DNA of 64,000 nucleotides from Octopus vulgaris (Eukaryota), in the NCBI GenBank assembly GCA_951406725.2, contig OX597823.1, positions 3,286,001 to 3,350,000 on the forward strand. Direction: 5' to 3'. How positions within the stretch are numbered: the stretch's first letter is position 1; each line of letters begins with the position of its first letter. Below the pieces are notes generated by a model. That model was given only the letters and a program-made list of their open reading frames with translations. It was not told the DNA's origin and made no database searches. Position numbers and translations under genes: made by a program. This document shows, piece after piece, positions 26,082-40,409 of the stretch.

Positions 26082-27235
26082 ATCATTATTATCATCACCA
26101 TCGTCCTGATTGTTTTATTCTGCTTTCCATGCTGGCATGGGTCAGTCTTTATTCAAAGTTACTGTCCCCCTAAATAGGTTGTACTTTTCAATCGAGAGAG
26201 TACTGGGTAGGTTTTATGATGGTACCAGCACTAAGCAAGTGTCCATCCATGCCCTTCACGCCACCATCATGTCATAGATATTTCTCCCCAACAACACACC
26301 AATCTTTCTTTAACAAACTGACCTGGAATACTTTGTGCCTCTCATCCAAACATATTCAAACTCTGAATTTCTGCTTCTCTCTGTAACTAAGTATACCTGA
26401 TCCTTATCATCTCTTCTGGTCCCTTGGCATTGCTCTCCACTGCTCCCTTTCTTACTGTATTTCCTAGTTTGTTTCTTTGTTTTTATGGTTGTTTCATTGA
26501 CCCCGAGAAGTTGAAAGTGATCTCAGCATGATCTGAACTCAGAATGCAAAGAGCCAGAGGCAATGCCAGCAGCCATTTTGTCTCTGATTCTGCTTGCTGG
26601 CCACTTAATAAGAATAAAAGATGAGCTACAGCAAATGTTCTGCTCAGTAACTCAGATTTGCTTGTCAGTTGTTTGACTTTAACCAGTTGAGCATGTCCCT
26701 TGGTGGCTGATGATATGTGCATCTCTGATCATGAGCAGAGGTAGTGGGGGAGCATCATAGCTGTGTGTTGAGAGGAATTGAATGATTCACCACTGGAAAC
26801 ATGGGTGTTTCATTCATCATCCTTAAACAACCCTTATTCAGGGACCTTTTGAGCAGGATGGGTTACCTGAGCTGACGAAAATTCTAAATAAGCCTCACCT
26901 GCAAGGTCATGCACTGTTTATCTTGATATGAAATCACCACGTCACGTACATATGATTGTGGTACATGTACCTGGTGTGCCCTTATCAGACAGGTATACTG
27001 GACTTCATATATTTGTACCCCAGCGTCACTTTGATGGCCTACAGTGCTCTCTCACTCAATAATAATCCTTTCTACTATAGGCACAAGGCATGAAATTTGG
27101 GGGAGGGGGATAGTCAATAATATTGACCCCAGTCCTGAAATGGTAGGTATTTCAACCCTGGAAGGATGAAAGGCAAAGTCAACCTTGGTGGAATTTGAAC
27201 TCAGAATGTAGCAGTAGACAAAATACTGCTAAGCA

Positions 27236-27274
<39 letters not shown>

Positions 27275-27764
27275 CTTTGAAAAAAGAAAAATTGCTTCTT
27301 ACTTAGGTATAGGGCCAGGAAATTTTTAGGGGTTGGGGGTTACTCAATATCATTCCCCCATCCCACCCAACTTGATTGGAAATTTATTTTATCAACCCTG
27401 GGAATATTAAATGCATAATAGACCTCAGCAGGATTTGAACTCAGAATAGAAAGAGTTTGAGAAAATATCACAAAGAATTTTTTGTTTCCTGATGTTGTAA
27501 TGATTCATGCAAGCTTGCTCCCTAACAACAACAACAACAACAACCTACCTTTTGATATCCACAGGGTGTACCGATTGCTGCTCTTAACCCACTCTCAGTT
27601 ACACACTTACTGGTTGCAGGGACGTAGCACATCATTTTGTAACAGATTTGTGATGGATAGGCAGGCGGCTGCAAGAAAGGAATCATAAAAGGATGCAAAA
27701 GAAGGGAAGAATAGAAAATATTAGAAGGAAAGGAGAAAAAAAATTGATTCCCAAACTAAATGTG

Positions 27765-27813
<49 letters not shown>

Positions 27814-28905
27814 AAACATACAGCAAACAGGTTTTCAATACTTTTACAGAACTTGTTGTGGAGGAAGGATGAGTGACCGGAAGGAAGAAAGGATGATGTG
27901 ATGAAGGACCAGAAGGCGGATGAGATGATGTCAAGAAGCAACAGGGTCTGTGGCAAGGGCATGTTGTGTGCTGGGAGTGATTGTAGTGTAGCAGCCCTTG
28001 CTGGCAAAGGGGTTGGGGGAGCTTGTATGTGGTTACAGCTGTGAGATCTGGCTGGTTTTCCTGTGATCCGACGCTTGGAGTCATTGTTGCCAATTGCAAC
28101 TCAGAGTAAAGACAACTTTAATTCGTGCCTTACAACAACACTTCACTGAAATGCCATAATCATTACATAACAGTCGTAGAAACATTGTTAATCTAGCCAT
28201 TGACCTCATCAATGATTCACAATAGACACAACAGGCGTTAAAGACTAGCAATAATAATATCCAGCGGTTAAAACTCATTGTACATATGGAAGGCATTGAG
28301 TGAGTATAGAGTGTAACATTAATTAATGAAAGTGAAAGGAACAACTTCAGTAGCTTACAGCTGTTTCTGCTATATAAAGCAAATACACTCAGAGCTGAGA
28401 GCTTGTGCACCACTGTTTCTTACAGCAAGAACAGCTGTAAACTAACGAAGGTGGCTACATGATTCCTGTTCTCTTGACATTCGTTTATATAATGACTGTC
28501 CACTGTTGGCTGAGGAAGGACATCACTGACCAGCAGGAACATTATGCATTTAAGCAAATTTACACTTCATACCTGTGGCTCCACAGGTAACAAACGAACA
28601 CAGCTGTTGATACATGTACATGTTCACAGATATGGCAGACCAAGCTTCCCCACACACAACACTGGTATCTTGAGCAGCTCACTTCAATTCTGCATGAAAA
28701 ATGTAGGTTTTGTTCTTTTACTTGTTTCAGTCATTTGACTGCGGCCATGCTGGAGCACCACCTTTAGTCGAGCATATCGACCTCAGGAATTATTTTTTGT
28801 AAGCCTCGTACTTACTCTATCAGTCTCTTTTGCTGAACTGCTAAGTTACAGGGACGCAAACACACCAACATCAGTTGTCAAGCGATGGTGGGGGGACAAG
28901 CACAG

Positions 28906-28946
<41 letters not shown>

Positions 28947-31900
28947 ACAGGTTTCTTTCTGTTTCCGTCTACCAAATCCACTCACAAGGTTTTGGTCAGT
29001 CCAAGGCTATAGTAGAAGACACTTGCTCAAAGTGCCATGCTGTGGAACTGAACCTGGAACCATGTGGTTGGTAAGCAAGCTTCTTACCCCACAGCCACTT
29101 TGAAAATGTCCACTCCCTCCTTTGCTTGTTTCCTCCGTTGAGGACAAGCATTGCTTTCCCAATTGACTTCCCATATTTCCCTTACTTTCAACAAGGACTT
29201 TGCACAATCCTCAAATTGCAGGTTTGGTTTCTGCTGGGAGCACTCTTCACAAAGCAGTTCACCATACAGTTTGCTTAGGCATTTGGTCATTCATCCAAAC
29301 AAGGTGTCCAGCCCAACATAAGCGGTGCTCGTGTACCATTGCTTCAATGCTCAGAACATCAACTCACCTCAAGGCCTCTGTGTCTGGAGTCTGTAAGGAC
29401 CAGCAACATTGTTGATGGACGTGTTCAAGGACTGTAAAGTGTTCATGTCTCACATGAGTCAAGGACGGGTGTCAGCACACATTCACAGGGCACAGCAAAT
29501 TTATAGGTATAAGCTAGAAAGCAGAATTGATTAAGGCACCTTCGTACTTAATGAGGACTTATTTTATTAACCTCAAAAGGATGAAAGGAAAAGAGAAAAC
29601 TCTGACAGGGTTTGAATTCAGCATGTAAGGGGATCTAACTAAAGACCACAAGGCATTTGGTTGCTCTACCGATTCTGACTATTCACTGCTGTTCAGTGGG
29701 TGAAAATATTGATAAGAGGAGAATAACTTACACACATGAATGAATCTGGTCCGTAAATCTGTCTACACTGGTCGTGGACATTGTGTACTTCTCCTGGTAA
29801 TGTTTCCATGCTGCCGGAGAAATCGGTCGAATTGTTGATGAAAGCTTCGTTGTTGAGGCAATTCATTCCACTGCAGAAGAGGGGAAAAAATCATATAAAC
29901 TTAAAATATATTTGAGTATCTGTTTATGTGTATATATCTGTGTGTATGTGTGTGTGTGTGTGTGTGTATATATCATTGTTAGTCTGTATGTTGACTACAC
30001 TAACTCACAGTGACATACAGATAACAAAGAGGTCTTTATATTTGTGTAGTGAATCCAGGGGTAAGTTAACTTAGCAGAGTTGACCCCTGTACTCTATATT
30101 CCTAAAGACATTTGAACTCAAATCAGTTTTATGACAAAACACTCTTCAGTTTTACATTACTGCTACAGCTAGTGGTGGCAGACCTGTCTATTTTGTGGTA
30201 CCTGCTTACAGCTAGGTGGTGTGAGCCATTTCAGATCTAAGCATTTTGACCACTGACATATCACAGTACTAATAACATGATATAAACTACGAATCTCTTA
30301 GCAACAGGTTGGTCAGTAACCTCTCCACGTGTCCATCAGAATTAATCTCAATAAGGATAAAATATGAGAAAATTTACTCAGCAAACATACATACCTTTCA
30401 TCTAAATCCTTCAAACTTACTCTTAACTGCTCCACAGAACAGTCTGAAAACTTGAAGCCATAGCCCTTAGTGGTATTACTGAGTATCCCTATTGAAGGTG
30501 ACATTATGTGGTGCCTCTCTGGAGGACAATTCTTGGCCTTTCCTTCTCCATCGTGGTCAACAACGCCTAAACTGAAAAAGGAGATTGATATCAAAAATAT
30601 TAGAATCCCTTGTTAGACTCCAACTAAATGTTGAAGTTATTTAAAATTTGTTCTAATGTAAAATGGTGTGATGTGGTATATTATAGTACGGTAGAGTTTA
30701 GTGAGGAAACGTATGAAGTAGAGTGTTGTGAAATTATATGGTACAAGTTGGTGTGATGTGACTTACTTGTGAGCCAGTTCATGTGCTGCTGTTCCACCAG
30801 ATGTGTATGCCCCATGATCAACCACCAGAGAAACGTGTTTGGTTGTACAGATACCTGATGCATAGGTGGTTCCTGGAAACAGCAGAAGGTTAATAGAATT
30901 CAAACTCGTGAATTGTGGAAATGAGAAATAGAAACATTTAGAGCAAGTGGCAATTGTTATAATCCACATGGCTTATGTATTTCCACCTTGATTCCACACA
31001 ACACATTCAACCTGCCATCATCCTTATTTACATTCGCTTTCCATGCTAGCATGGATCGGATGGGTCTTCACAGTCTGAGTCATCTCTTGCTGGAAATCTG
31101 CTCCTTCCATAAACAGCTCAAACACATTTGGCCCGGTTTCTATGGTTACATGTCCTTCCTATTGTCAACCACTTTACAGAGTATACTGGGTATATATATT
31201 TTTTGTGCCCCTCCCCCAATACTAGACAGGCTGAATAAAAGGACCTCAGAACCCCATACATTTTCTGTTCAAAAATTTGCCTACAGACCATTGAAACCTG
31301 GTGCAGCTCTCCGGCTTCCCAGCTCTTGCCAGGCCATCCAACCCATGCTAGCATGGAAAAACAGACGTGAAATGAGGATAACTGACAGGGTGTGCTGGCT
31401 GCATTTCATGGACCCAGCATTAGAGAGGTTGTCTCACCATCCTTTACCATCCTCTATTGTCATCTCCACCCGATGTCTGCCTACATCATTGCTGGACGAA
31501 CACCACATGACCAACAGACCAACGGTTGCCTCTACACACTACCAATAGAACGTCAACTTTGTCTACAACATCAACAGTCCAGCCCAACCACGAAGTCTCT
31601 CGCACGTCTTTGTTGCAACCTGTTATTTCATTCCATGTATGGCAATCCTTGAATTTTATAACAGAGACTGACTGGTGCCAGAGACCTCTTTGTCAGAGAC
31701 GAGTTGTGTGTGGTCAGTGGTGTCTGCGAAAGATGCAGAACAGCTGAGAACTGCATTTCTTATAGAGAAAAGTGGGCTCCCAAGAACGATGAAAGTTTTT
31801 CTGCCAAGGGAACCCATGATCCATTTTAGCGCATCTGATTATTTGACCATGTAATTTGGCACAATAGGGAACAATTTGCACCTAAAAACTAACCAATCAG

Positions 31901-33304
31901 AACAATGGTTACAACCTGGTCTTCATAGCTAAGTGTTTTCTGCTATGTCCATACAACAACAATAAATCAAAGGGAGAGAGAATGATTTGCTTTCATTTTG
32001 TCAATCCATTCTGCTACGCATTCCATATAAAATGCTGTGACTGATTACACACCAACTTTCGCACAGCATTCACCTTCTTTTCTGCACCCCTAAAAAATCT
32101 ACCCTAACTGTCACATCACACCCTACACACTGTTCTGTTTCACATTTCATTCACTAAGATCTCACCTCTTTTGGGGCATTTCTCAATACTTGCCCAGATC
32201 TTTCCATTGTAGCCCACTTATCCTACCCACAGGCTGATGTTCAAACATCCTTCTTTCATCTCACACAACTGAGGACCCATTAAGGGAGCACTGTGTGGTT
32301 TCCCAACCAGCTAGAAACAGTAGCTAAATTTCCTCCAAGCTCCACCATTGAATTGCAATGTTGCTCTCTTGAATGCTAAACAACCTGCACAGAACGATCT
32401 TGAATATAGAAATCAAATGTTTGTGCTTCACATTATCTCACTCCTTCCATCAAATAAATGTTGCCTGAGCAGAGGCACAGTGTGCCACACATCAGCTGTT
32501 AAAGTGACTGCAGAGCAATGCACGATGAAGCGTTTTTTTGCTCAAAAGCACAACATACTGCCTGATCTGGGAATCGAACCCGTGATCTTGTGACTTTGAC
32601 CACAATACCCTAATCACTAGACCATGCACCACCACACACTGCATTACATTATTCTCCACCCCACCCCCATCTCGTGTCTAATCACATTATGTTACACCCT
32701 CACCATAGCATGGAATTTTCACCCTGGCACAAACATAAAAACTTACCAAGAATTCTCTTCCTTGGGTGGAAGGCATCATAACTGGAAGATGAAGAAATAA
32801 TAATTGCCAGATTAAAACATTTTGTAACAAAAGCAGAGCAGAGAAATCGAAATTTTATGGCATCGTTTATCATCCGCTTTCCATGCTGGCATGGGTTGGA
32901 CAGTTTGACTGAGGACTGGTGAGCCAGAAGGCTGCACCAGGCTCAATCAATGATGATATCTGTGTGTATTTATGTGTGTATGGATGTGAATATGTGTGTG
33001 TGTACATACATAAGCATGAAGATATGTATATACGTATGTACATATGTATGTATTGCATGAATACATGTATGTATGTGAATATTTGTGTATGTGTGTGTAG
33101 ATGCATGCATACATACTTGATGTGGCCCATCATATGGCCTATCACATTCCCGAAAGCATTCAAGAAGTCAGCCGAACAACACTGTGAGTCAATGAAAATT
33201 TCTTTTTATTGGACAACCGATCCATGTGTATCCATGTCAGAGTGTGTCTCTAGGGATGTATCGCAAATGAAGTCCTGCTTTGTTCCACAGCAAAATGTAT
33301 GTAC

Positions 33305-33389
<85 letters not shown>

Positions 33390-36300
33390 ATCTCTCTCTC
33401 TCTCTCTTTCTCCCCCCCTCTCTCTCTCTTTCTTTCATAAGTGTAAGTCTGTGATACAATCTTCCCTTGGTTGGATGCTTTCAAATTCAGGATGCTCCTT
33501 AACCTGATATGAATTAGAAGTGAGTGGATGCGCAAAGCAGTGCAAAAAAGTATTCTAACCTAAAAGCTGTTCAAATATATTTGAGATGTATTTGAACCTG
33601 TAAAGACTTTTCACTGCAGTTTGCTACAGAGAAAATATTCTTGCTGAAGACAAAAAGGTGTTAAACGCACCAAAGTCAGTTCAGAGTGCCCTCTATTTGA
33701 CTGATGGATTCATTTCAAACTTGTTTATTTGCTTCAACACCAGATACCAAAAACAGCAGCTCAAAGACAATAAAAGCGGCAACGCTTCCTTCATTGCCAT
33801 AATCCTTTAGCATTCACATTATTCGGTCAAATGTTAATATTTATTTATTCACATTGTTTTGAATTAATCACTCATTATCTCATAGTTTTAAACTTTCAAT
33901 GATACAGCTGTCTATTTTTAGAATGATGTTGTAGGGTAGGTGTGAAAGGTCAGATCTTGACCAGCCTGAACAAAAACAAGAATGTTTTCGGCTGGACGTG
34001 GCTGGTATAGATATCAAAGGGTTAAGTGAGAATTTTTTCCTCCATGACAAACTGCAGGGAAAGGCTTTTACAGTTTCAAATATCTCACAAGCATCTTTTA
34101 ACTGGTCTCGGGTTGATATGAATCAGGTTTTAAGGGTCAAAGTTATTCAATGACCTTCGCCTTATCTTTCATCCATTACTTGTTTCAGTCATTGCACTGT
34201 GGTCATGCTGGGGCACTGCCTTGAAGAATTTTTATTTGAATGGATTGACTCCAGAACTAATTTTTTTTTTTAAAGCCTGACCTTTTTTCTATCAATGTCT
34301 ATTGATGAGCTGCTAAGTTATGGGGACGAAAACACACCAATGCAAGTTGTCAAGTAGTGGTGGTGGGATAAACACTGATACAAGGGGACACACACACATG
34401 TATATATATATATATACATATATATACATGATGGGCTACATTGAGTTTCCATCTACCAAATCTACTCACAAGGCTTTGCTTGGCCATGGTCTATAGTAGA
34501 AGAGATTTGTCCAAGGTGCCCTGGAGTGGGACTGAACCTAGAACAATGTGGTTGGGAAGCAAGCTTCTTACCCACACAGCCATGCCTGTGCCCCTTGGAA
34601 ATAAATAATGAATAAAAAAATATAACAAGATGGTTGGTTGTTATATGACTTACTCAGTAAACATCATGGCATGGTCATAGCTGGGATAATCCTTTTGAGA
34701 TTCTAAGAACTGTTTCAGTCCGTCTAACGCTGTCGTACCATTTAACTTGTAGCTATTGTTGACACGTTTGAGGGAATTCGTTATGAAGGGTGTACTGGAA
34801 GCATTCTGGTTTAGAAACAAAAGAGGACATTGGAAATGTTTATGCTGATGACGATGATGACAGGGTGATGAAGATGGCAATGCTGGTAGTGGTGGTTGTG
34901 GCTGTAATGATGGGAGTGGGGACAAGGGTGGGTGGGGTGATTGTAACATGGATGTGGTGTTTATGTTGGTGATGATGATGGTGATGATGTCCTTCATTAT
35001 AATGGCTTCAAATTTTAGCACAAGGCCAGCAGTTTCTGGGAAAGGGCTAAGTCGATTGCATTGACCCCAGTGCTCAACTGGTACCTATTTTATTGACCCC
35101 AAAAAGGATGAAAGGCAAAGTCGACCTCGGCAGCATTTGAACTCAGAATGTAAAGACAGACAAAATGCTACTAAGCATTTTACCCCGTGTGCTCATTTTA
35201 AAGGCCCCAGTATATGACTGGTACTTTAGTTTATGAATCTTCAGAAGGCTGAAAGTCCAAATGGATTTTGGTAGGAATCAAATCCCAAAACAAAATAACT
35301 TGACAAAATACTACAAGACATTTTGTCTTTTGGAAGAGACAATTACACCAACTCTTGTGTATGGCAGGTACTCTATTATATTGACCCAGAAAGATAAATG
35401 CTTAAGTCAACTGTGGTAGGATTTGAACTGATTACAAAGACATTATTAACAAAATAGAACCAAAATCCATATAATTTTTCAGAAGAGATTGAAACCTTAG
35501 AATTAAGAAGTAGGAATGTGATGCTTGCCTTCCTTTCCATTGTGAAGGATATGAATAAATAAGCAAAGTATATAAGCATGAGATCCACTTACTTTTATGA
35601 GTAAATACCCAGACAATCGTACGTAGACTTCAAAATCTCTTAATCCAATATTGGCGTATCTAAAATCAATCTGAAAGAAATTTTAAAAAATGGGAAAACG
35701 AATCTAACATCAGAGGAATTAAACAAAATATAACATTGATTTCTAACAGAAACTCAAGGCCACCACATGTTTCAGATGGCAAATAAATTTGATTATATCA
35801 ATCACGCCCTCAGTAAGTGACCTTATTTGGCATCAATGGAGCAAACACATAAGTAGATCAAATTCTGAGCAGCCTCAAAATAAAAGAATGCAAAAGATCA
35901 TATTTTTGGATATCTCAGGTATTTTGCATAACGGTCCCTCCATCTAAACACAATCCTTATTCATTCAATGTCATAAATTTTATGAAGAGACTTTTACACC
36001 CAAACATCAGCTTTTCAACTGCATAATGCCTCACCTGTTTGCATCTTTAGATGCTAAAAATTGTCCCTTGACATCTCTGGCTGAGACTCGGATGCAGCTT
36101 GTATACTTTAAAGCAAAGCTAAAGCATAACCATCATCATCGTTTAACGTCCGTTTTCCATGCTGGCATGGGTTGGACAGTTTGACTGAGGACTGGAAAGC
36201 CAGATGGCTGCACCAGTCTCCAATCTGATCTGGCAGTGTTTCTAAAGCTGGATATCCTTCCTAACACCAACCATTCCGAGTAAGAGTATAGTGGGTGCTT

Positions 36301-38040
36301 TTTACGTGCCACTGGCACAGGGGCCAGAGGAGCTGGCATCAACCACGATTGGATGGTGCTTTTTACGTGCCACCGGCATGTATTATTAGAAGAATGGTTT
36401 AAAATTTTAGCACAAGACCATGAGTTGTAGGGACTAAGTACTTTATTATATTGACACCCCTACCAAATACGGTGCCACCTGACTGGTCCAGTGTTGGTGG
36501 CACAAAAAGAAAAACACCATTCAAATGTGGTCAATGCCAGTACTGCCTGACAAGTTTCCATGCCAGTGGCATGTAGAAAGCACCCGTTACTCTCTCAGAG
36601 TGGTTGGCGTTAGGAAGGGCATCCAGCTGTAGAAATCTTGCCAGAACAGATTGGAGCCTGGTGCAGCCTTCTGGCTTGCCAGTCCTCATTCAAACCATCC
36701 AACCCATGCCAGCATGGAAAGCAGATGTTAAATGGTGACGACAATGATGATGACCACCACCACCAAAAAAGAAAAATAGATGAAAAGAAAAGACAACCAT
36801 TGAGGAATTTGATTTCAGGATTATAAGAACTGGAAAAAATGCTACTAAGCATTTTGTCTGATATGCTAACAATTCTGCCAGCTTGCTGCCTTATGAATAA
36901 TGGTTTCTGATATTTGGCCCATGCCATGCAGTTTTAACCCTTTTCACAAGAACCTGTCTGAAATTGATTTAGATTAAAGCTGTCCATCAAAACTTCATGT
37001 TAATTTATGTTTCAAACACCAGATTAATTAATAATGAAATTCTTTTACTAAATTCTTCATTTTCAAAATTAACTGTAAAAAGGGCAGAGTATTTCAAGAG
37101 AAATCTGGTGAGAAAAGGGTTGAAGGAGAGAAGGGGAGCTGATACTGTTGACCCCAGTACTTGACCGATACTTTATTTTATCAACTCTGGGAGGGATGAA
37201 AGGCAAAGTTGACCTCAGCAGGAATTGAACTCAAAATGTTAAGAGCAAAAACAATTACTGCAAAATATTTTTTTCCAACTCTCCCTGATTCTGTTAGTCC
37301 ATTGCCCCAGAATCTGGTTGGCAGAATACCAACAAGAAACAGCTCAAGGTTATATAGAAAATGTTTCAATCTACAACATGCGGGTGAGCTAATTAATTTA
37401 CTGGTGTTAATTTATCAACCAATAAAATATTATTAGTATTATGCTAACAACAGAACTGCATTAATTAAAAAAGTCCTAAACCAAATTCTTCATCGTTATA
37501 CTATCTCTCTCTCAAATACACACGCACGCGCATGCACACACACACACACGCACACACACACACGCGCACTGCTGTGATATGAGACTTAGTAAATACATCT
37601 GACGGTATTAAATTTCTAATGTGATTAAAATTTAAGAAATTCCTAATTAGTTACGAGAGGATTAATTAATTATGAAATTATTAATTAGTTAAGAGAAAAT
37701 TAAGAAATTAATTCACCAAGCCAGTGGGAAAAATTTTTAAATGGTGAAATTTCTAATGTGTCTAAAAATTAAGAAATTTCTAATTAGTTACAAGAGGATT
37801 AATTATGAAGTCAGTAATTAAAAAATTAAATTATTTATTCATCAAAACAGCAGGAAAATTTTTTTAAATGGTAAAAGCACTGACATGGCTCTGTGTAGTT
37901 AGGGAGTTTGTTTTATAACCCCATGGTTTCTGAATCAGTTCCACTGGGTGGCACCTTGGGCAAGAGTCTTCACCCATAGCCCCCAACTAACCAATGCCTT
38001 GTGAGCGAATTTCATAGATGGAAACTGTGTGGAAGCCCAT

Positions 38041-38079
<39 letters not shown>

Positions 38080-39204
38080 GCATGTCTTTGGAGTTGTCTA
38101 CATCGCTGTAACTTAGTGGTTCAGCAAACGAGACCAACAGAATGAGTAACCAAGCTTTAAAAAGAAAAAAAATATGGGGATTGATTTCTTTGACTAAACC
38201 CTTTAATGCGGTGCCCCGGCATGGCCACAGTCCAATGAATGAAACAAGTAAACGGATAAAAATTTGGAAGATACAAGTATGTGTACATGTCTGACATGTG
38301 TATAGTTTTGTTGTGGAATGACCCGCTAGAATTAGCAGTTAAATCACCCCCAGATCACACTCTGACGTCTAAGAAAGGGGACATGTTTAATTTAGTCCAG
38401 AGTTTCTCAGATTTGTTTCTCAGACTTTTGCATCCCAGCATCCTTTCTTTTATAACCCTTTTGCAATGTCCCCTCGCCTCATCTGATACTCTTCAACAAA
38501 GTTAAATACAACAAAGTTAAATTCTTGATTGCAACTGACATGGAACTAAATAACGATATTCTGTTGTGTCTGGGGAGAGTCATTCTCTTTTCGGTCCCTT
38601 ATAATCTAACACATTCACCGGTAAAATTTCCACTTATTTCCTTCTTTATTTTTCTAAAATTTTCGTTTCACCTTGCAACCTTTTCAATAAAAGAGAATGT
38701 CTCTCCCCGGACACAACAGAAATGCTTCAACTCATGGAACTCGCATAAAGAATCTTGCAAACCAAATCTAAACACGAAACCAATAACAATAATTTACTGA
38801 AATTTCATTAAAAACCCTTGTCAAGGTTTAATTCTCATTGCAGAGTTGCCTCAACAAAAGAGACCACAGCAACATGGAATGGAATGCAAGGAACACAAAT
38901 CTCATCCTTTCAGAAACATGAAATTTGTTTCATCATTTCCACAACAATGCTAGACAAGATTTTAAAAACATACACACACACACACGCTCACATCTCATTT
39001 TTTTCTTTCATCTTTTACATGTTTCAGTCATTAGATCATGGCCATGCTGTGGCACTGCTTTGAAGAATCCAGTACGTAATATTTTTTTTTAAGCCTGGTA
39101 CTTATTTCATCTGTGTCTTTTGCCAAAGTGCTAAGTTATGGGGATGTAAACATACCAACACTGGTTGTCAAGCAGTGGTGGCGAACAAGCACACACACGC
39201 ACAC

Positions 39205-39243
<39 letters not shown>

Positions 39244-40367
39244 CAATGGGCTTCTTTCAGTTTCCATTGACTAAATCCACTCCCAAAGCTTTGGTCGGCA
39301 CAGTGCCATGGTGGGTGCCATGGTGGGTGCCATGGTGGGTGACATGCAGTTTGGCTGAACCTGGAACTATGTGGTTGGGATATATTTTTTGATATAAAGA
39401 TTTTGAAAAATTGTCACAGCAGAAGATCAGACACATTCCTCATAGCCATTGCTGGATACAGACAAAGAAAGGCTCTGGGCAATTCCATGTGTATGGCCCC
39501 TACCTAAAAGGCCCCTTATGACACCTTCAGAAACACCATATATCTTTCACTGAAGCACCTCTTGGTTTTGAGGCCCTTAGCTTCTGCCTGCCAACCCCAC
39601 AGGGAAATCCTGCCCTGCTTATAGCATTATATTTTTAATTTGTTTTACTTCCATAATTTTCTGGCATATAATTACTCATTACCCAGCAACCGTGCTGACC
39701 CCTTTTTTCTCTCTTCTGAGGGTATTTATTCAATCTTCTAAGCTGTTTCACAGCTATCCTGCATTTGACATTTTTCTTTATTTTTTGTAAAATACCAACT
39801 CACTCAGCACTTCTAAATTTGCTTATAATATATCATCATCATCATCATTATCGTTTAATGTCCGTTCTCCATGCTGGCATGGGTTGGATGGTTCGACTGG
39901 CGTCTGGGAAGCCAGGAGGCTGCACCAGGCTCCAGTCTGATCTGGCAGTGTTTCTACAGCTGGATGTCCTTCTTAATGCCAACCACTCCGAGAGTGTAGA
40001 GGGTACTTTTTACGTGCCACCAGCACAGGTGCCAGTGGGGGGCTGGAAGTGGCCATGATTGGCTGGTGCTTTTTACGTGCCACCGGCACAGAAGCCAGTC
40101 AAGGCAGTGCTGGCAATGGCCACATTCGGATGGTGCTTTTTACGTGCCACCGGCACAGGTATCACAACTACAATTTCCATTTGATATTTATTTTGATGTT
40201 GATGTACTTGACTCAATAAGTCTCCTCAGGCACAGCAGGTCATGTCCCACCAGCACGGAAGCCAGTCAAGGCGGTGCTGGCAATGGCCATGTTTGGATGG
40301 TGCTTTTTACGTGCAGCTGGCACAGGTATCACAACTACAATTTCTATTGATATTTATTTTGATGTTG

Positions 40368-40409
<42 letters not shown>

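Noticed and set aside
27605-30420. Internal GTAAGT sites in exons J (30415-30420) and L (27605-27610) as true donors
   Set aside because: Using them breaks phase with the next exon, and in exon L it removes conserved Cys residues.
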